Part shown: positions 10,468 to 18,931 of the stretch, one piece after another | Layout: every line of letters starts with the position of its first letter | Numbering within the stretch: position 1 is the first letter of the stretch | Source of the DNA: Pampinifervens florentissimum | GTDB lineage: Bacteria > Aquificota > Aquificia > Aquificales > Aquificaceae | Assembly (NCBI RefSeq): GCF_011006175.1 | Contig: NZ_CP048795.1 | Span: 1,168,491 to 1,232,490 of the forward strand | Direction of reading: 5' to 3' | Length of the DNA stretch: 64,000 bases | Program-made: the position numbers and the translations under genes | The notes under the pieces: model-generated | The model's input: the letters and a program-made list of their open reading frames with translations, nothing else | What the model was told of the DNA's origin: nothing | Database searches by the model: none

Positions 10468-10628
10468 GTTTCAACTCCACACGGTGGATTAGCAACATGA
10501 ACTACGATGAAGCCGTAGAGGTCGCAAAGAAGCAGTTTCAACTCCACACGGTGGATTAGCAACTCCAGTTGGTGGGCTTTTGTCTCTTGGATTATTTTCG
10601 TTTCAACTCCACACGGTGGATTAGCAAC
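10468..10628 (-). CRISPR. Mini CRISPR array of 3 x 29-bp repeats (GTTTCAACTCCACACGGTGGATTAGCAAC on + strand) with two spacers of 38 and 36 bp
   Basis: Exact repeats at 10468-10496, 10535-10563 and 10600-10628. The reverse complement ends in GTTGAAAC (the type I-A/I-B 8-nt 5'-handle), so the crRNA is minus-strand, the same orientation as the cas operon. Confidence 0.9.
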
Positions 10629-10860
10629 CTCAACTCACAACATAAAGAATAATAAGACATATCAAGCCTTTTGTCAAGGGGATACCCCTCTCAAGTGAAG
10701 GTGGTTTGCCAGAAGTGTCAGGTCATGCAGGGTTGAGTATGGTATTGTCAAATTTAAACCCTTGAGAGACAAGGTTTTGAGACATATGTCATCAAAACAT
10801 CAAAGCATCACTGCATCTTTATGCCAAAACATAAAAGCATAAGGGCATTAAAATATAACC
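10629..10860 (-). promoter_or_regulatory. Putative CRISPR leader (AT-rich). It also holds the divergent promoter region for the RHH gene.
   Basis: 232-bp AT-rich non-coding stretch abutting the repeat at 10600-10628 on the cas-proximal side. Orientation inferred from the repeat 3'-handle. Confidence 0.5.
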
Positions 10861-10861
10861 T

Positions 10862-11074
10862 ATGAGAGGTAAGCAGAGGAAAAGGCAAAAGTTTAAGAGA
10901 ACCACTATATCTCTACCCTATGACCTCTGGGAGACCCTGCGTATAGAGAGCATAAAAAGGAACATCTCAATGGGAGAGCTAATAGCCAAAAAGTTAAAGG
11001 AGTTGGAAAAACTCAAAGAAAAGACCACCATCATGCAAGTGGACGAGGAGGGACTTCTCAAGCCTCTTGAGTGA
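10862..11074 (+). CDS. Ribbon-helix-helix (CopG/Arc-like) small DNA-binding protein
   Basis: 70 aa, basic N-terminus. TTISLPYDLWETLRIESIKRNISMGELI fits the beta-strand + helix pattern of RHH proteins. Lies between the CRISPR leader and cas2, on the opposite strand. Confidence 0.5.
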   Translation: MRGKQRKRQKFKRTTISLPYDLWETLRIESIKRNISMGELIAKKLKELEKLKEKTTIMQVDEEGLLKPLE

Positions 11075-11120
11075 ATACTACTCCTTTAGCCTCAAGAATC
11101 AAAAGCCCTATTCAGTTGCC

Positions 11121-11146
11121 AAAATGTCATGGGAGCAAATGCTCCC
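11121..11146 (-). terminator. Putative intrinsic terminator downstream of cas2
   Basis: GGGAGC-AAAT-GCTCCC hairpin (11131-11146). The minus strand continues ATGACATTTTGG. Confidence 0.35.
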
Positions 11147-11185
11147 TAAAAGCCTTATAGGGAGTATTATACCATAAAGAACAAT

Positions 11186-11470
11186 TTAGAGGATATTGGA
11201 AGTTGGGTCTTCCCCCTCGGTGAGTATTTCTCTTTTGTAGTCCACAAGGTCGTCAAAAATGTAGATTATGAGGCTATCCTCTTTTTTGTTTATTACTTGC
11301 AATAACTCGCTTTTTAGTCTTTCAAGTTTTGATTTTGTTATGTTTCCCTCAAAGACGGACTTTTGCACGTGGTTTATGTATCTCTTTGCTATCTTCCGCA
11401 CTTTATTGAGCCTTTTCTGACCTTCTCTGTTTTCTGTAGATATATCATATACAAGGATTATCCACATCAA
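11186..11470 (-). CDS. cas2: CRISPR-associated endoribonuclease Cas2
   Basis: 94 aa, MWIILVYDIS...RLNKVRKIAKRY...QKSVFEG: classic Cas2. Overlaps the cas1 stop. Confidence 0.9.
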   Translation of the reverse strand: MMWIILVYDISTENREGQKRLNKVRKIAKRYINHVQKSVFEGNITKSKLERLKSELLQVINKKEDSLIIYIFDDLVDYKREILTEGEDPTSNIL

Positions 11471-12435
11471 AGGCTTGCGTAGTTTAGTGGTCTGTAATTT
11501 TCTTCTGCAAGGAGGTGTTTTATTAGCTTGTAGAGTTCAAGCCTTATAAGTTGTCTGTGGGATATCTTTCTTTTTAACCTTCTGTGCCTTACTGTAGACT
11601 CAAGAAGTTCATCAAAGGCTTTTGCAAATAGTCTTCTTCCCTCCGGAGAGAGATATGTAAAGTTAAGCTCTTCAGAAAAGTGGTATTCCTGTAAAACCCC
11701 ATCTCTTATAAGCTTGACTATTAGGACATCAGAAAGTATTGGTTTAAAAACCTCCGCTATGTCAAGACACAAAGAAAAGCGTTTTGTGGAAGGTTCATGA
11801 AGATAGCTCACAGTAGGATTTAGCTGAGTATGGTAGACCTCACCTAAAACTTTGGCGTATACTAAGGAGTTTCCAAAGGAAATAAGTGCATTGAGAGGAT
11901 TCTGAGGTGGTCTCTTGGTTCTTTTCTCAAACTCCCAGCCAGTTTCTTGTTCTAACCTTCTATAAAAATCCTTTCTGAGGTCCGCCTCTACCTTCATAAC
12001 TTCGGGAATGTTCTTTGCCTCACGGAGTGCAAAAAGATAGTCCTCTTTTCTTAGACCAAAAAGTGTGCTTAGGTTTACGATAGCTCCTTCTACAAAAGCC
12101 TTTGCAAGATATAGCCTCTTTTGGGTATTTGTGTAGTGCTCCACTTGTTTAATTAGCAAAAAGCCAGAAAGGTTTGTCTCCCTTGGATAAAAGCTACCTA
12201 TATAGTATCCGTAGTGATTGAAAAAGTGTGCTATTACACCCTTCTTGGAAAGCAATGCTAAAGCCTTGCTGTTGGTAGAAACCTCACTAAAGAGGAAAAG
12301 TTCATCAATATCCTCTATGGGTATAGACTTTTTTATGCTTGAGTTTTCAAAAATTATGGTATTTTCCTCTCTTCTTAGCTCTCCAGAATGAGTTATATAA
12401 TAAACTCTACCCATAGCAAAATTCCTCGTAAGCAC
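11467..12435 (-). CDS. cas1: CRISPR-associated endonuclease Cas1
   Basis: 322 aa Cas1 fold signature (…LNALISFGNSLVYAKVLGEVYHTQLNPTVSYLHEP…). Confidence 0.9.
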   Translation of the reverse strand: MLTRNFAMGRVYYITHSGELRREENTIIFENSSIKKSIPIEDIDELFLFSEVSTNSKALALLSKKGVIAHFFNHYGYYIGSFYPRETNLSGFLLIKQVEHYTNTQKRLYLAKAFVEGAIVNLSTLFGLRKEDYLFALREAKNIPEVMKVEADLRKDFYRRLEQETGWEFEKRTKRPPQNPLNALISFGNSLVYAKVLGEVYHTQLNPTVSYLHEPSTKRFSLCLDIAEVFKPILSDVLIVKLIRDGVLQEYHFSEELNFTYLSPEGRRLFAKAFDELLESTVRHRRLKRKISHRQLIRLELYKLIKHLLAEENYRPLNYASL

Positions 12436-12916
12436 AGCTCTTACAGTAAGGCTTTTCTTCTATAGGTGGTGGCTTTTCCAAAGAAAGTATATACCCTATA
12501 CCCTTGAGTGCGTCCTCTATAATAAACTCATCCTCTTTGCTAAGATAAACCTTTCTTATCTCTTTAGCCCTTGGATAGTGCAAAATGCCGTGAGAAACCT
12601 CAAGCCCTTTGCTTTTTAGGTAGTACATGTAATACTTAACTTGGAGAAGGTGAGACTCTTCTATGGCTCTTGAGTGCTTTACCTCGTGAACCACAAGCCC
12701 ATCATATGTTTTTATGAAATCCATCCTTACAGGCTCGTCGTAAAAACCTTCTTCTCTTTCCCTCTTAAAACTTTCTTCGTCAAGCAACTTTCCCAGAGCC
12801 ACGCTTTCAGAAAGATGCTCAAAACCTATGCCTTTAGAAAAAAGCCACAACTTTCTTTTACAAACCACATAGTAGGCTACCTGAGTGCCTTTGTATTTAA
12901 GCTCCCTAATCACCAT
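12407..12916 (-). CDS. cas4: Cas4 (RecB-like nuclease with Fe-S cluster)
   Basis: 169 aa. N-terminal Cys (YVVCKRK) plus C-terminal CKSCAYEEFC gives the 4-Cys cluster. RecB motif (VHEVKHS...KYYMYYL). Confidence 0.85.
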   Translation of the reverse strand: MVIRELKYKGTQVAYYVVCKRKLWLFSKGIGFEHLSESVALGKLLDEESFKREREEGFYDEPVRMDFIKTYDGLVVHEVKHSRAIEESHLLQVKYYMYYLKSKGLEVSHGILHYPRAKEIRKVYLSKEDEFIIEDALKGIGYILSLEKPPPIEEKPYCKSCAYEEFCYG

Positions 12917-15081
12917 ACATTATCCGAGCTTAGCTCAGGGTCTTCTCTAAGTTCAGCCAATCCCTTCTCCTCGTCATAAGGAGCCTTCAGCCAGTGGAGG
13001 TTAAAGGTTTCAAGTCCTTTTATCCTTTCTAACATGTTATCCTTTGGCATATAAGCGGGGATGTTAAAGGTATAGTCCAAAATTTGGTTCAGAGCTTGGA
13101 TTTTTTCCTCCTTCTCTGTGCTATTTTTGTAATTCTGTATGAGTGCCTCTACTTTATCCTTGTAATATATGGGTATTACCGTGATTGAATGGATATCTCT
13201 AAAAAGTTCTTGGGCTTTTTTCCTGCTCTCTTGAGAGATAAGCCCTAAGGTATTCCAAATGTCTCTCACATATTCTTTCGCCTTTGAGTAATCTTCCATG
13301 TATTTAGGGTCTATTTTGGAGAGGGTTTCTCTTGAATATATCTCGGAAAGCAGGTTCCTTTTGTCTTGCTCTGTCCATATACCCTCCCGTAGTTTACCTT
13401 TAGAGTATTCATGTATGCTTTTTCTGTAGACACCGCCTATGCCAGAGCAGTCTTCTGTAAATATGTAAGCGTTAGGCTCTTCTACTTGCTTTTTTCCTTT
13501 TCTGTTTACCCTCCCAAGCCTTTGGAAAAGGCTGTCTGGTGTGGAATACTCCGTTATCAGAAAGTCCGCATCAAGGTCAAGAGAAACCTCTGCAAGCTGT
13601 GTGGTAATCCATATGCCACCATTCCCCTCTTTGAAAAAGCTCTCTATTTCCTTTTCCCTTTGTTTTCTTTGCAGTTGTATAAACCTTGAGTGCAACAGAT
13701 TAGGTTTTAGCCCTTCCTTCTTCAAAGCATCATAAAGGTCAACAGCCCTCCTTACTGTGTTTAGAATAACCAAAACCTTTCCTTCTTGAGACTTCTCTTT
13801 TATTAGCCTCAAGGCGTTTTCTGAAAGGACGCTATCCTTTATAAGTTTTAGGTTATGGCGAGGCTTTGGGTTGTCAAAAACCTTCTCTGTAAAATCTGGT
13901 AAGTCTTCTCGGATAAACTCTGGCACGGTTGCTGTCATAAGCATTACCTTAGCTCCCACCTTCTTTGCAAGTTTTATGCCTTCCACCAAAAAGCCAAGAG
14001 TATGAGGCTCAAAAAGTTGAAACTCATCCACCACCACTCTTGAATAGGAAAGGACTGCAAGGCTCTTTTCAAAGCCCTTGTAGGCAAAAACAAAAGGAAA
14101 TAGCTGGTCTGGAGTGCAAACAAGCAATGCCTTTGAAAAGTTTCTGGCATATTCGTAGTCCACAATAAGCCCAGTTAAGTGGTTTCTGTTTTCCTCTATA
14201 AGAAAGTTCAAGGCGGTAGAATGTAAAAGTCCAGCCTTTTCTCCAAAGAGGTCCTTAGCCCTCAGATATAAGGCATTTGCAGAAGTTCTAACTGGTATGG
14301 TAAAAAATCCTTTACCTTCTAAGTATATAAAGCCCGCTTCCGTCTTTCCGTATCCCGTAGGTGCACTAAGGAGTAAGTCTTTGTCTCTGTTCTTTAAGAC
14401 AAACTCCTGCAGGTCATTTAGTTCAAAGCCCTTTTTGTCTTTTATAACCTTTGCCACATCCCTTATCGGCTCAACCTCAAGGCTCTCTATATCCTTATTA
14501 CTGCTTGCATGGTCTATACGCAATAAAAGACCCTTTAAGAGTATATAGAAATTCCTCAAATTTTCCATAGGTTTTTCATGTTTTTTAGAAAGGTATATGA
14601 GAGCTTCGTATTCCAATCTTCTTAGCAATCTCTTGTGCCAACTCTGTATAGAAATACCAAATTCCTTAGAGGCAACTTCCTTAACCTTTTCCGCTACATC
14701 GTTGCCTGTTTCCACCCTATGATGGTGAATTATGGTAAGAGCACATATGTCTCTCAAAAACTCATCGTCCAAATTTTCCATGAAAGCTGGAGATAGTAGG
14801 TTATGTCGTATTTTTTCCACATATGAATCTGGATAGTTTTTGTTTTTTACCACTTCCCTTTGGAATTTACAATGAAGTTTTCCATAGTCATGATACTCGC
14901 AGGCAATCTCCAAAGCCTTCCAAAGATAGCTCCTCAAACCTACAGGACAGGCTTTTTCTATATCCTCTCCGTATAGGCTTCTAAGGAGTTTGAGATTTTC
15001 CAAGAGTTTGTCTGTATGCTCTCTTATAGAAGTGCCATCACTCTTCGCCCAAGCTATCTTCAGTTTCTGTGTTAGACTCAT
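12910..15081 (-). CDS. cas3: Cas3 with fused N-terminal HD nuclease and SF2 helicase
   Basis: HD motifs (EYHDYGKLH, IIHHHR, IDHASS), then Walker A LLSAPTGYGKTEAG and DEFQ (VVVDEFQLFEP). 723 aa. Confidence 0.9.
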   Translation of the reverse strand: MSLTQKLKIAWAKSDGTSIREHTDKLLENLKLLRSLYGEDIEKACPVGLRSYLWKALEIACEYHDYGKLHCKFQREVVKNKNYPDSYVEKIRHNLLSPAFMENLDDEFLRDICALTIIHHHRVETGNDVAEKVKEVASKEFGISIQSWHKRLLRRLEYEALIYLSKKHEKPMENLRNFYILLKGLLLRIDHASSNKDIESLEVEPIRDVAKVIKDKKGFELNDLQEFVLKNRDKDLLLSAPTGYGKTEAGFIYLEGKGFFTIPVRTSANALYLRAKDLFGEKAGLLHSTALNFLIEENRNHLTGLIVDYEYARNFSKALLVCTPDQLFPFVFAYKGFEKSLAVLSYSRVVVDEFQLFEPHTLGFLVEGIKLAKKVGAKVMLMTATVPEFIREDLPDFTEKVFDNPKPRHNLKLIKDSVLSENALRLIKEKSQEGKVLVILNTVRRAVDLYDALKKEGLKPNLLHSRFIQLQRKQREKEIESFFKEGNGGIWITTQLAEVSLDLDADFLITEYSTPDSLFQRLGRVNRKGKKQVEEPNAYIFTEDCSGIGGVYRKSIHEYSKGKLREGIWTEQDKRNLLSEIYSRETLSKIDPKYMEDYSKAKEYVRDIWNTLGLISQESRKKAQELFRDIHSITVIPIYYKDKVEALIQNYKNSTEKEEKIQALNQILDYTFNIPAYMPKDNMLERIKGLETFNLHWLKAPYDEEKGLAELREDPELSSDNVW

Positions 15082-15382
15082 CCTTTCCCTCCTTACCGTT
15101 CAAGCCAATAAGAAAAGCGTAGGCTATTCTTTCTAAGCCCTCCTCCTTTATAGCACTTAGAAACACACGCGGTATAGGCTTTTCCACTTCAAGGTATGCC
15201 CTTATTAGGTTTTGAGAAAAGTGGTCTATGTCCCTTCTTCTAACCGCCTCAAGCAAACGGTAAGAGAGGCTTTCTATCTTATTCTTTGCCCTATCTTCTC
15301 CAAGGCTTTCTTTGTAGCTTTGTGCTAACTTCTTACCCTCCACAAAAGCTGAGTTGATTTCTTTCTCCTTATTTGCTTGCAT
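15038..15382 (-). CDS. cas11: Predicted Cas11 small subunit, translated from an internal start inside cas8 (114 aa, in frame)
   Basis: On the minus strand, a perfect Shine-Dalgarno tttcaGGAGGTGttaaacATG precedes Met-355 of Cas8. The downstream 114 aa are helical and K/E-rich, as Cas11 proteins are. No separate cas11/csa5 gene exists in the locus. Confidence 0.45.
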   Translation of the reverse strand: MQANKEKEINSAFVEGKKLAQSYKESLGEDRAKNKIESLSYRLLEAVRRRDIDHFSQNLIRAYLEVEKPIPRVFLSAIKEEGLERIAYAFLIGLNGKEGKDESNTETEDSLGEE

Positions 15383-16444
15383 GTTTAACACCTCCTGAAA
15401 TTTTATTAGATATATAAGACTTTTATCCAAACCACTCTTTTGTTTAGAGCTTCTTTCACTTTTAAAAGCAGCCTCAGTTCCATATTTAATAAGCCTTACA
15501 TCATCATTAATTTTCTCCTTACCTTCATAATTACCTGCAAAAATATAACCTAACATTATCTTGTATAGCATATGATATAGGCTTTTACCATAGTAGACAT
15601 ACTTGAGGAATATATCAAAGAGAGGGTTAAGACTCTTCGGATATTCTTCTATGTATTCTCTGAGGGCGTGTGCCTGTATTTGGCTTAAGCTGAAGGTGTA
15701 GATATTGCTTTGTGCTTTACTTACAGTTTGTATCTCCACAACATAGATGTTTTCCAAAGACCAGCCAGCCTTATACTTCTCAATACTCTTTACCACTTCA
15801 ATAAGACTTTCTTTTATTATGTCCGCAGATATCCACTTGCGGGTCTCCAAGGCATTATTTATACCTATCATAGATCTTATATCATCCGGAAGATAAACAA
15901 AAATATACCTTCTTTCAATATCTGTAAAGCCAAAACAAGCAAAGTAAAGCAATGCCTCACATTCTTTACATAAAAACATAGTATTTACACCGTTGTAGAA
16001 AAGGTTTGGAAAAGTGTTTGGACTTGCAGAAAGCGGTGTGAAGTTAATCGCATCAAAAGTCTTGTAGAAATTTTCCTTTTTGTAAGAGTTTCTTTCCTTA
16101 CAGAAAAAGCATTTAGGGAAGTTATTTGAAGTATTAACAGAAAGTAATTTTTGAAAGAATTTTTCTATTTCTTTTTTATTATTCAATGATATCTTTGCTT
16201 TAGGATTAGGATTAGTTAGAGGTGAGTTGTTGTAAAAAACTTTAAGCCTTGAAATGTTAGCAGGGTATTTTAGAAGATAGTCCGCATACAGTTCTGGAAG
16301 TCTTTCCCATAGGTCTTGTGGAACTTCCAGGACACGCTCTTTGAAGTAAGGTAGTGGGTCAATTTTTGCATGATTTAAAACCTTAGCAAAACCTACCGCA
16401 CTGGAAGCCATAAGCCAGTTGTCTATCCGAAACCTTATAGCCAT
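15038..16444 (-). CDS. cas8: Cas8 large subunit (Cas8a/Cas8b-like) of the type I effector complex
   Basis: 468 aa, positioned between cas5 and cas3. Internal zinc-finger-like CFFCKERN...(37 aa)...CKECEALLYFAC. Helical C-terminal ~110 aa (see internal cas11 feature). Confidence 0.7.
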   Translation of the reverse strand: MAIRFRIDNWLMASSAVGFAKVLNHAKIDPLPYFKERVLEVPQDLWERLPELYADYLLKYPANISRLKVFYNNSPLTNPNPKAKISLNNKKEIEKFFQKLLSVNTSNNFPKCFFCKERNSYKKENFYKTFDAINFTPLSASPNTFPNLFYNGVNTMFLCKECEALLYFACFGFTDIERRYIFVYLPDDIRSMIGINNALETRKWISADIIKESLIEVVKSIEKYKAGWSLENIYVVEIQTVSKAQSNIYTFSLSQIQAHALREYIEEYPKSLNPLFDIFLKYVYYGKSLYHMLYKIMLGYIFAGNYEGKEKINDDVRLIKYGTEAAFKSERSSKQKSGLDKSLIYLIKFQEVLNMQANKEKEINSAFVEGKKLAQSYKESLGEDRAKNKIESLSYRLLEAVRRRDIDHFSQNLIRAYLEVEKPIPRVFLSAIKEEGLERIAYAFLIGLNGKEGKDESNTETEDSLGEE

Positions 16445-17112
16445 ACTGGAAGCCCTCCTTCTTTTTCCATCAGGATTTCACCCTCCTCTACTACAGTTCC
16501 CTTTTGGAGGTAGTAGACTTCCATCCATTCGTGCTCTCTTAAACTGCTGTTCCTTTTTAGAAAGGTTGGCAAAAGATAAAATATACCAGATGGGTATGTA
16601 GATAGGTTAATATACCTATCCTTTGGTAAAAAGGCGGACCATTCAAGTTTAAGCTCTTCCACCTTTCTCTCCTCAAGCTCTACAAAATCTATCCTTCGTA
16701 TCTTTACAGCATACTCTCCACCAGAGAGGTAAAGATAAGTCTGCGGCTTTTTCAAAGCCTCTGCAAACTCTCTCAAAAGCTCATATTCGCCGTATAGATG
16801 GACTATTAGCTCAAGCTGGTAAAGTATGGGGACTTCAATGGGAACAACTTCTAACTTCTTTTTATCCACATTATACTTCCTAAAACGCACATAATCTCTA
16901 AAAAGGGCTTGGTACCTGCCTTGTATGGATATTTGAAACTCTTCGCCTTGCCATTTTCTTCCTATGGCGGTATACAAAAGACCTATTATGGTAGAATAGG
17001 GTGGAAGCGGATAGGTCTCTATACCCTTTAAGGAAAAAGGGGCCTTGAAGATGCCAGTAGGCGTAAAGAGTTCAAACCTTAGGGCTTTCATCTTAGAGCA
17101 CTCCGTAAACAC
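16435..17112 (-). CDS. cas5: Cas5 (type I-A/I-B)
   Basis: 225 aa. N-terminal MKALRFELFTPTGIFKAPFSLKGIETYPLPPYSTIIGLL is typical of Cas5. Confidence 0.8.
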   Translation of the reverse strand: MFTECSKMKALRFELFTPTGIFKAPFSLKGIETYPLPPYSTIIGLLYTAIGRKWQGEEFQISIQGRYQALFRDYVRFRKYNVDKKKLEVVPIEVPILYQLELIVHLYGEYELLREFAEALKKPQTYLYLSGGEYAVKIRRIDFVELEERKVEELKLEWSAFLPKDRYINLSTYPSGIFYLLPTFLKRNSSLREHEWMEVYYLQKGTVVEEGEILMEKEGGLPVWL

Positions 17113-18079
17113 TCTTAACCTTTTGCCTTAGGCTCTCAAAGACCTCTGCTACACCTTTTGCACTTAGCTGGGTTCTTATATCCTCTTCGTTATGAAAGTG
17201 TCCAGAGGCAACTCCCACTAAAACCTCCTCACCTTCTGGGACAAGGTCTATGGCATCTCTTAGGGCGTTTATGTCAAGAATTAGCTTTCCTTCCTTTTCC
17301 ACAGCCTTTACCGCATCCATAAAAAAGGGATTTTTCACGCTAAAGACACCACCAACTACAAAAACTGGGGAGAGGTTTTCCCATCTGCCTCTTATCTGCC
17401 TGCTAAGGGTCTTTATAACCTCAAGAAGTTCCACCACTCTTTTTGCCTTTGCCTGAGAGTCTATGACCTCTTTTATTTCTCCCTCCTCTGTTTCCCACAC
17501 ACCCACACGGTCAAGGTCTACAGTAAGGGTGTAGATGTAGTGAGAGGTGTGTTGTTCGGAGTTTACTATCGCTTGGTCGCCTCTATCCTCTATGTGCCTT
17601 ATGTATCTGTTGTAGGCATCTATGTTGTTCATAAAGTCCATATCGGATTTGAAGGGACTTACGGAAAACATATAGCTGGTTTTGACTACGCTTACCCTCT
17701 TTACCGCATCACCCTTTGAGAGCTTTAGGGACTTCTTTTTACCATCCTCTTCCTTAGCAGGCTTTGTAAAAAGCCCACCAAAAAGGTCAAACTCTTCGTA
17801 GTCCTTTACCAAGTCCTCGCCAAACTTATCCACATCAAGAGTATCCTTAGAAGTGTGTCTTGCAATATACTCCTTTAGCTTTTCATCCAACAGCCTCCAG
17901 CCAAACCTTTCCCTTCCATGCCTTCTTATCTCATACTTTAAAGCCTTGTCAGAGGCATAGGTTAGCTGTGTGTTATCCGCAAGGGTAATCTTCTTAAGCA
18001 CAGACACATTACCTATACTCTCTCCATAGTTGAGAGAGCTTGCCCTGTGGGTTATTACCGTAAGGGTTAATCCAGCCAT
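17093..18079 (-). CDS. cas7: Cas7 backbone subunit (Csa2/Csh2, COG1857 family)
   Basis: 328 aa. THRASSLNYGESIGN motif and glycine-rich thumb are characteristic of Csa2-type Cas7. Confidence 0.85.
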   Translation of the reverse strand: MAGLTLTVITHRASSLNYGESIGNVSVLKKITLADNTQLTYASDKALKYEIRRHGRERFGWRLLDEKLKEYIARHTSKDTLDVDKFGEDLVKDYEEFDLFGGLFTKPAKEEDGKKKSLKLSKGDAVKRVSVVKTSYMFSVSPFKSDMDFMNNIDAYNRYIRHIEDRGDQAIVNSEQHTSHYIYTLTVDLDRVGVWETEEGEIKEVIDSQAKAKRVVELLEVIKTLSRQIRGRWENLSPVFVVGGVFSVKNPFFMDAVKAVEKEGKLILDINALRDAIDLVPEGEEVLVGVASGHFHNEEDIRTQLSAKGVAEVFESLRQKVKSVYGVL

Positions 18080-18158
18080 TTTTGACCTCCCTTAGTTGTT
18101 CTACTTACTTATGTTAACAGACACTTTTTACAGTTTCTGACAGTTTAAAATTTTCTCT

Positions 18159-18857
18159 ATGCGTTTTTTGGTGAAAATGGAAAGTCAAAGGGGAGAGAAG
18201 ATACCCATAGACTACAGACGCAGGCTCATATCTTTGATGAAGAGGGTTTTTGGAGTTAGGGAGTTTCTTGAAAATCCAGTAAGACCCTACACCTTTGCGG
18301 TATACCTCGGAAAGGGTGTGGTCTTTGAGGAAGAAACCATAAGCGGTGTAAAGTTTATAAACCTACGCATCTCCACAGGAGACCCAGTTTATGGGCTAAG
18401 GCTCTACAATGGGTTATCTTCTCTCAAGGGTAAAACCCACAAGATAGGAGATGCGGAGTTTGTTATAAAGGAGATTAAGTTAGAAAAGGAGGGAGATTGG
18501 TCAAAGGGCAGTTTCAAAAGCCTGTCTCCTGTGGTAGTGGAAAAGCCGGTATTTTCACAAGACAGCCCAAAAGCAAGATATCTAATTCCTATGGAAGAAG
18601 GCTTTGAAGATGCTCTTCTTGAGAACATACTTAGACGCTTTAGGGTTATAAAGGGCTATGAGCCAAAGATAGAAGAGTTTTCCTTTAGCTTTAAATACTT
18701 CAAGGAAGAGTTCATAAAGCACTATGGTGGGCACATTAGGGCTTTTCTTGGAAGGTTTCGTATAAACACAGATAACCCAGAAGTTTTGAGATTTGTCTAC
18801 CAATATGGGCTTGGTCTAAGGACGGGTCAAGGCTTTGGATACCTTGAGGTGGACTAA
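18159..18857 (+). CDS. cas6: Cas6 crRNA endoribonuclease
   Basis: 232 aa. C-terminal glycine-rich loop GLGLRTGQGFGYLE. Divergently transcribed from cas7 across an 80-bp gap. Confidence 0.8.
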   Translation: MRFLVKMESQRGEKIPIDYRRRLISLMKRVFGVREFLENPVRPYTFAVYLGKGVVFEEETISGVKFINLRISTGDPVYGLRLYNGLSSLKGKTHKIGDAEFVIKEIKLEKEGDWSKGSFKSLSPVVVEKPVFSQDSPKARYLIPMEEGFEDALLENILRRFRVIKGYEPKIEEFSFSFKYFKEEFIKHYGGHIRAFLGRFRINTDNPEVLRFVYQYGLGLRTGQGFGYLEVD

Positions 18858-18931
18858 AATTAAAACACTTTAAATCTCACTACTTGTGTGCTATATTTAA
18901 AATATGACCTCTATCATGTTGGAGGTGCAAT

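Noticed and set aside
12974-14548. Several 60-100-aa ORFs on the + strand inside cas3 (13411-13689, 13541-13735, 13965-14168, 14297-14548)
   Set aside because: Antisense to a well-supported Cas3 coding region. Low-complexity, Ser/Leu/Phe-rich translations typical of shadow ORFs.
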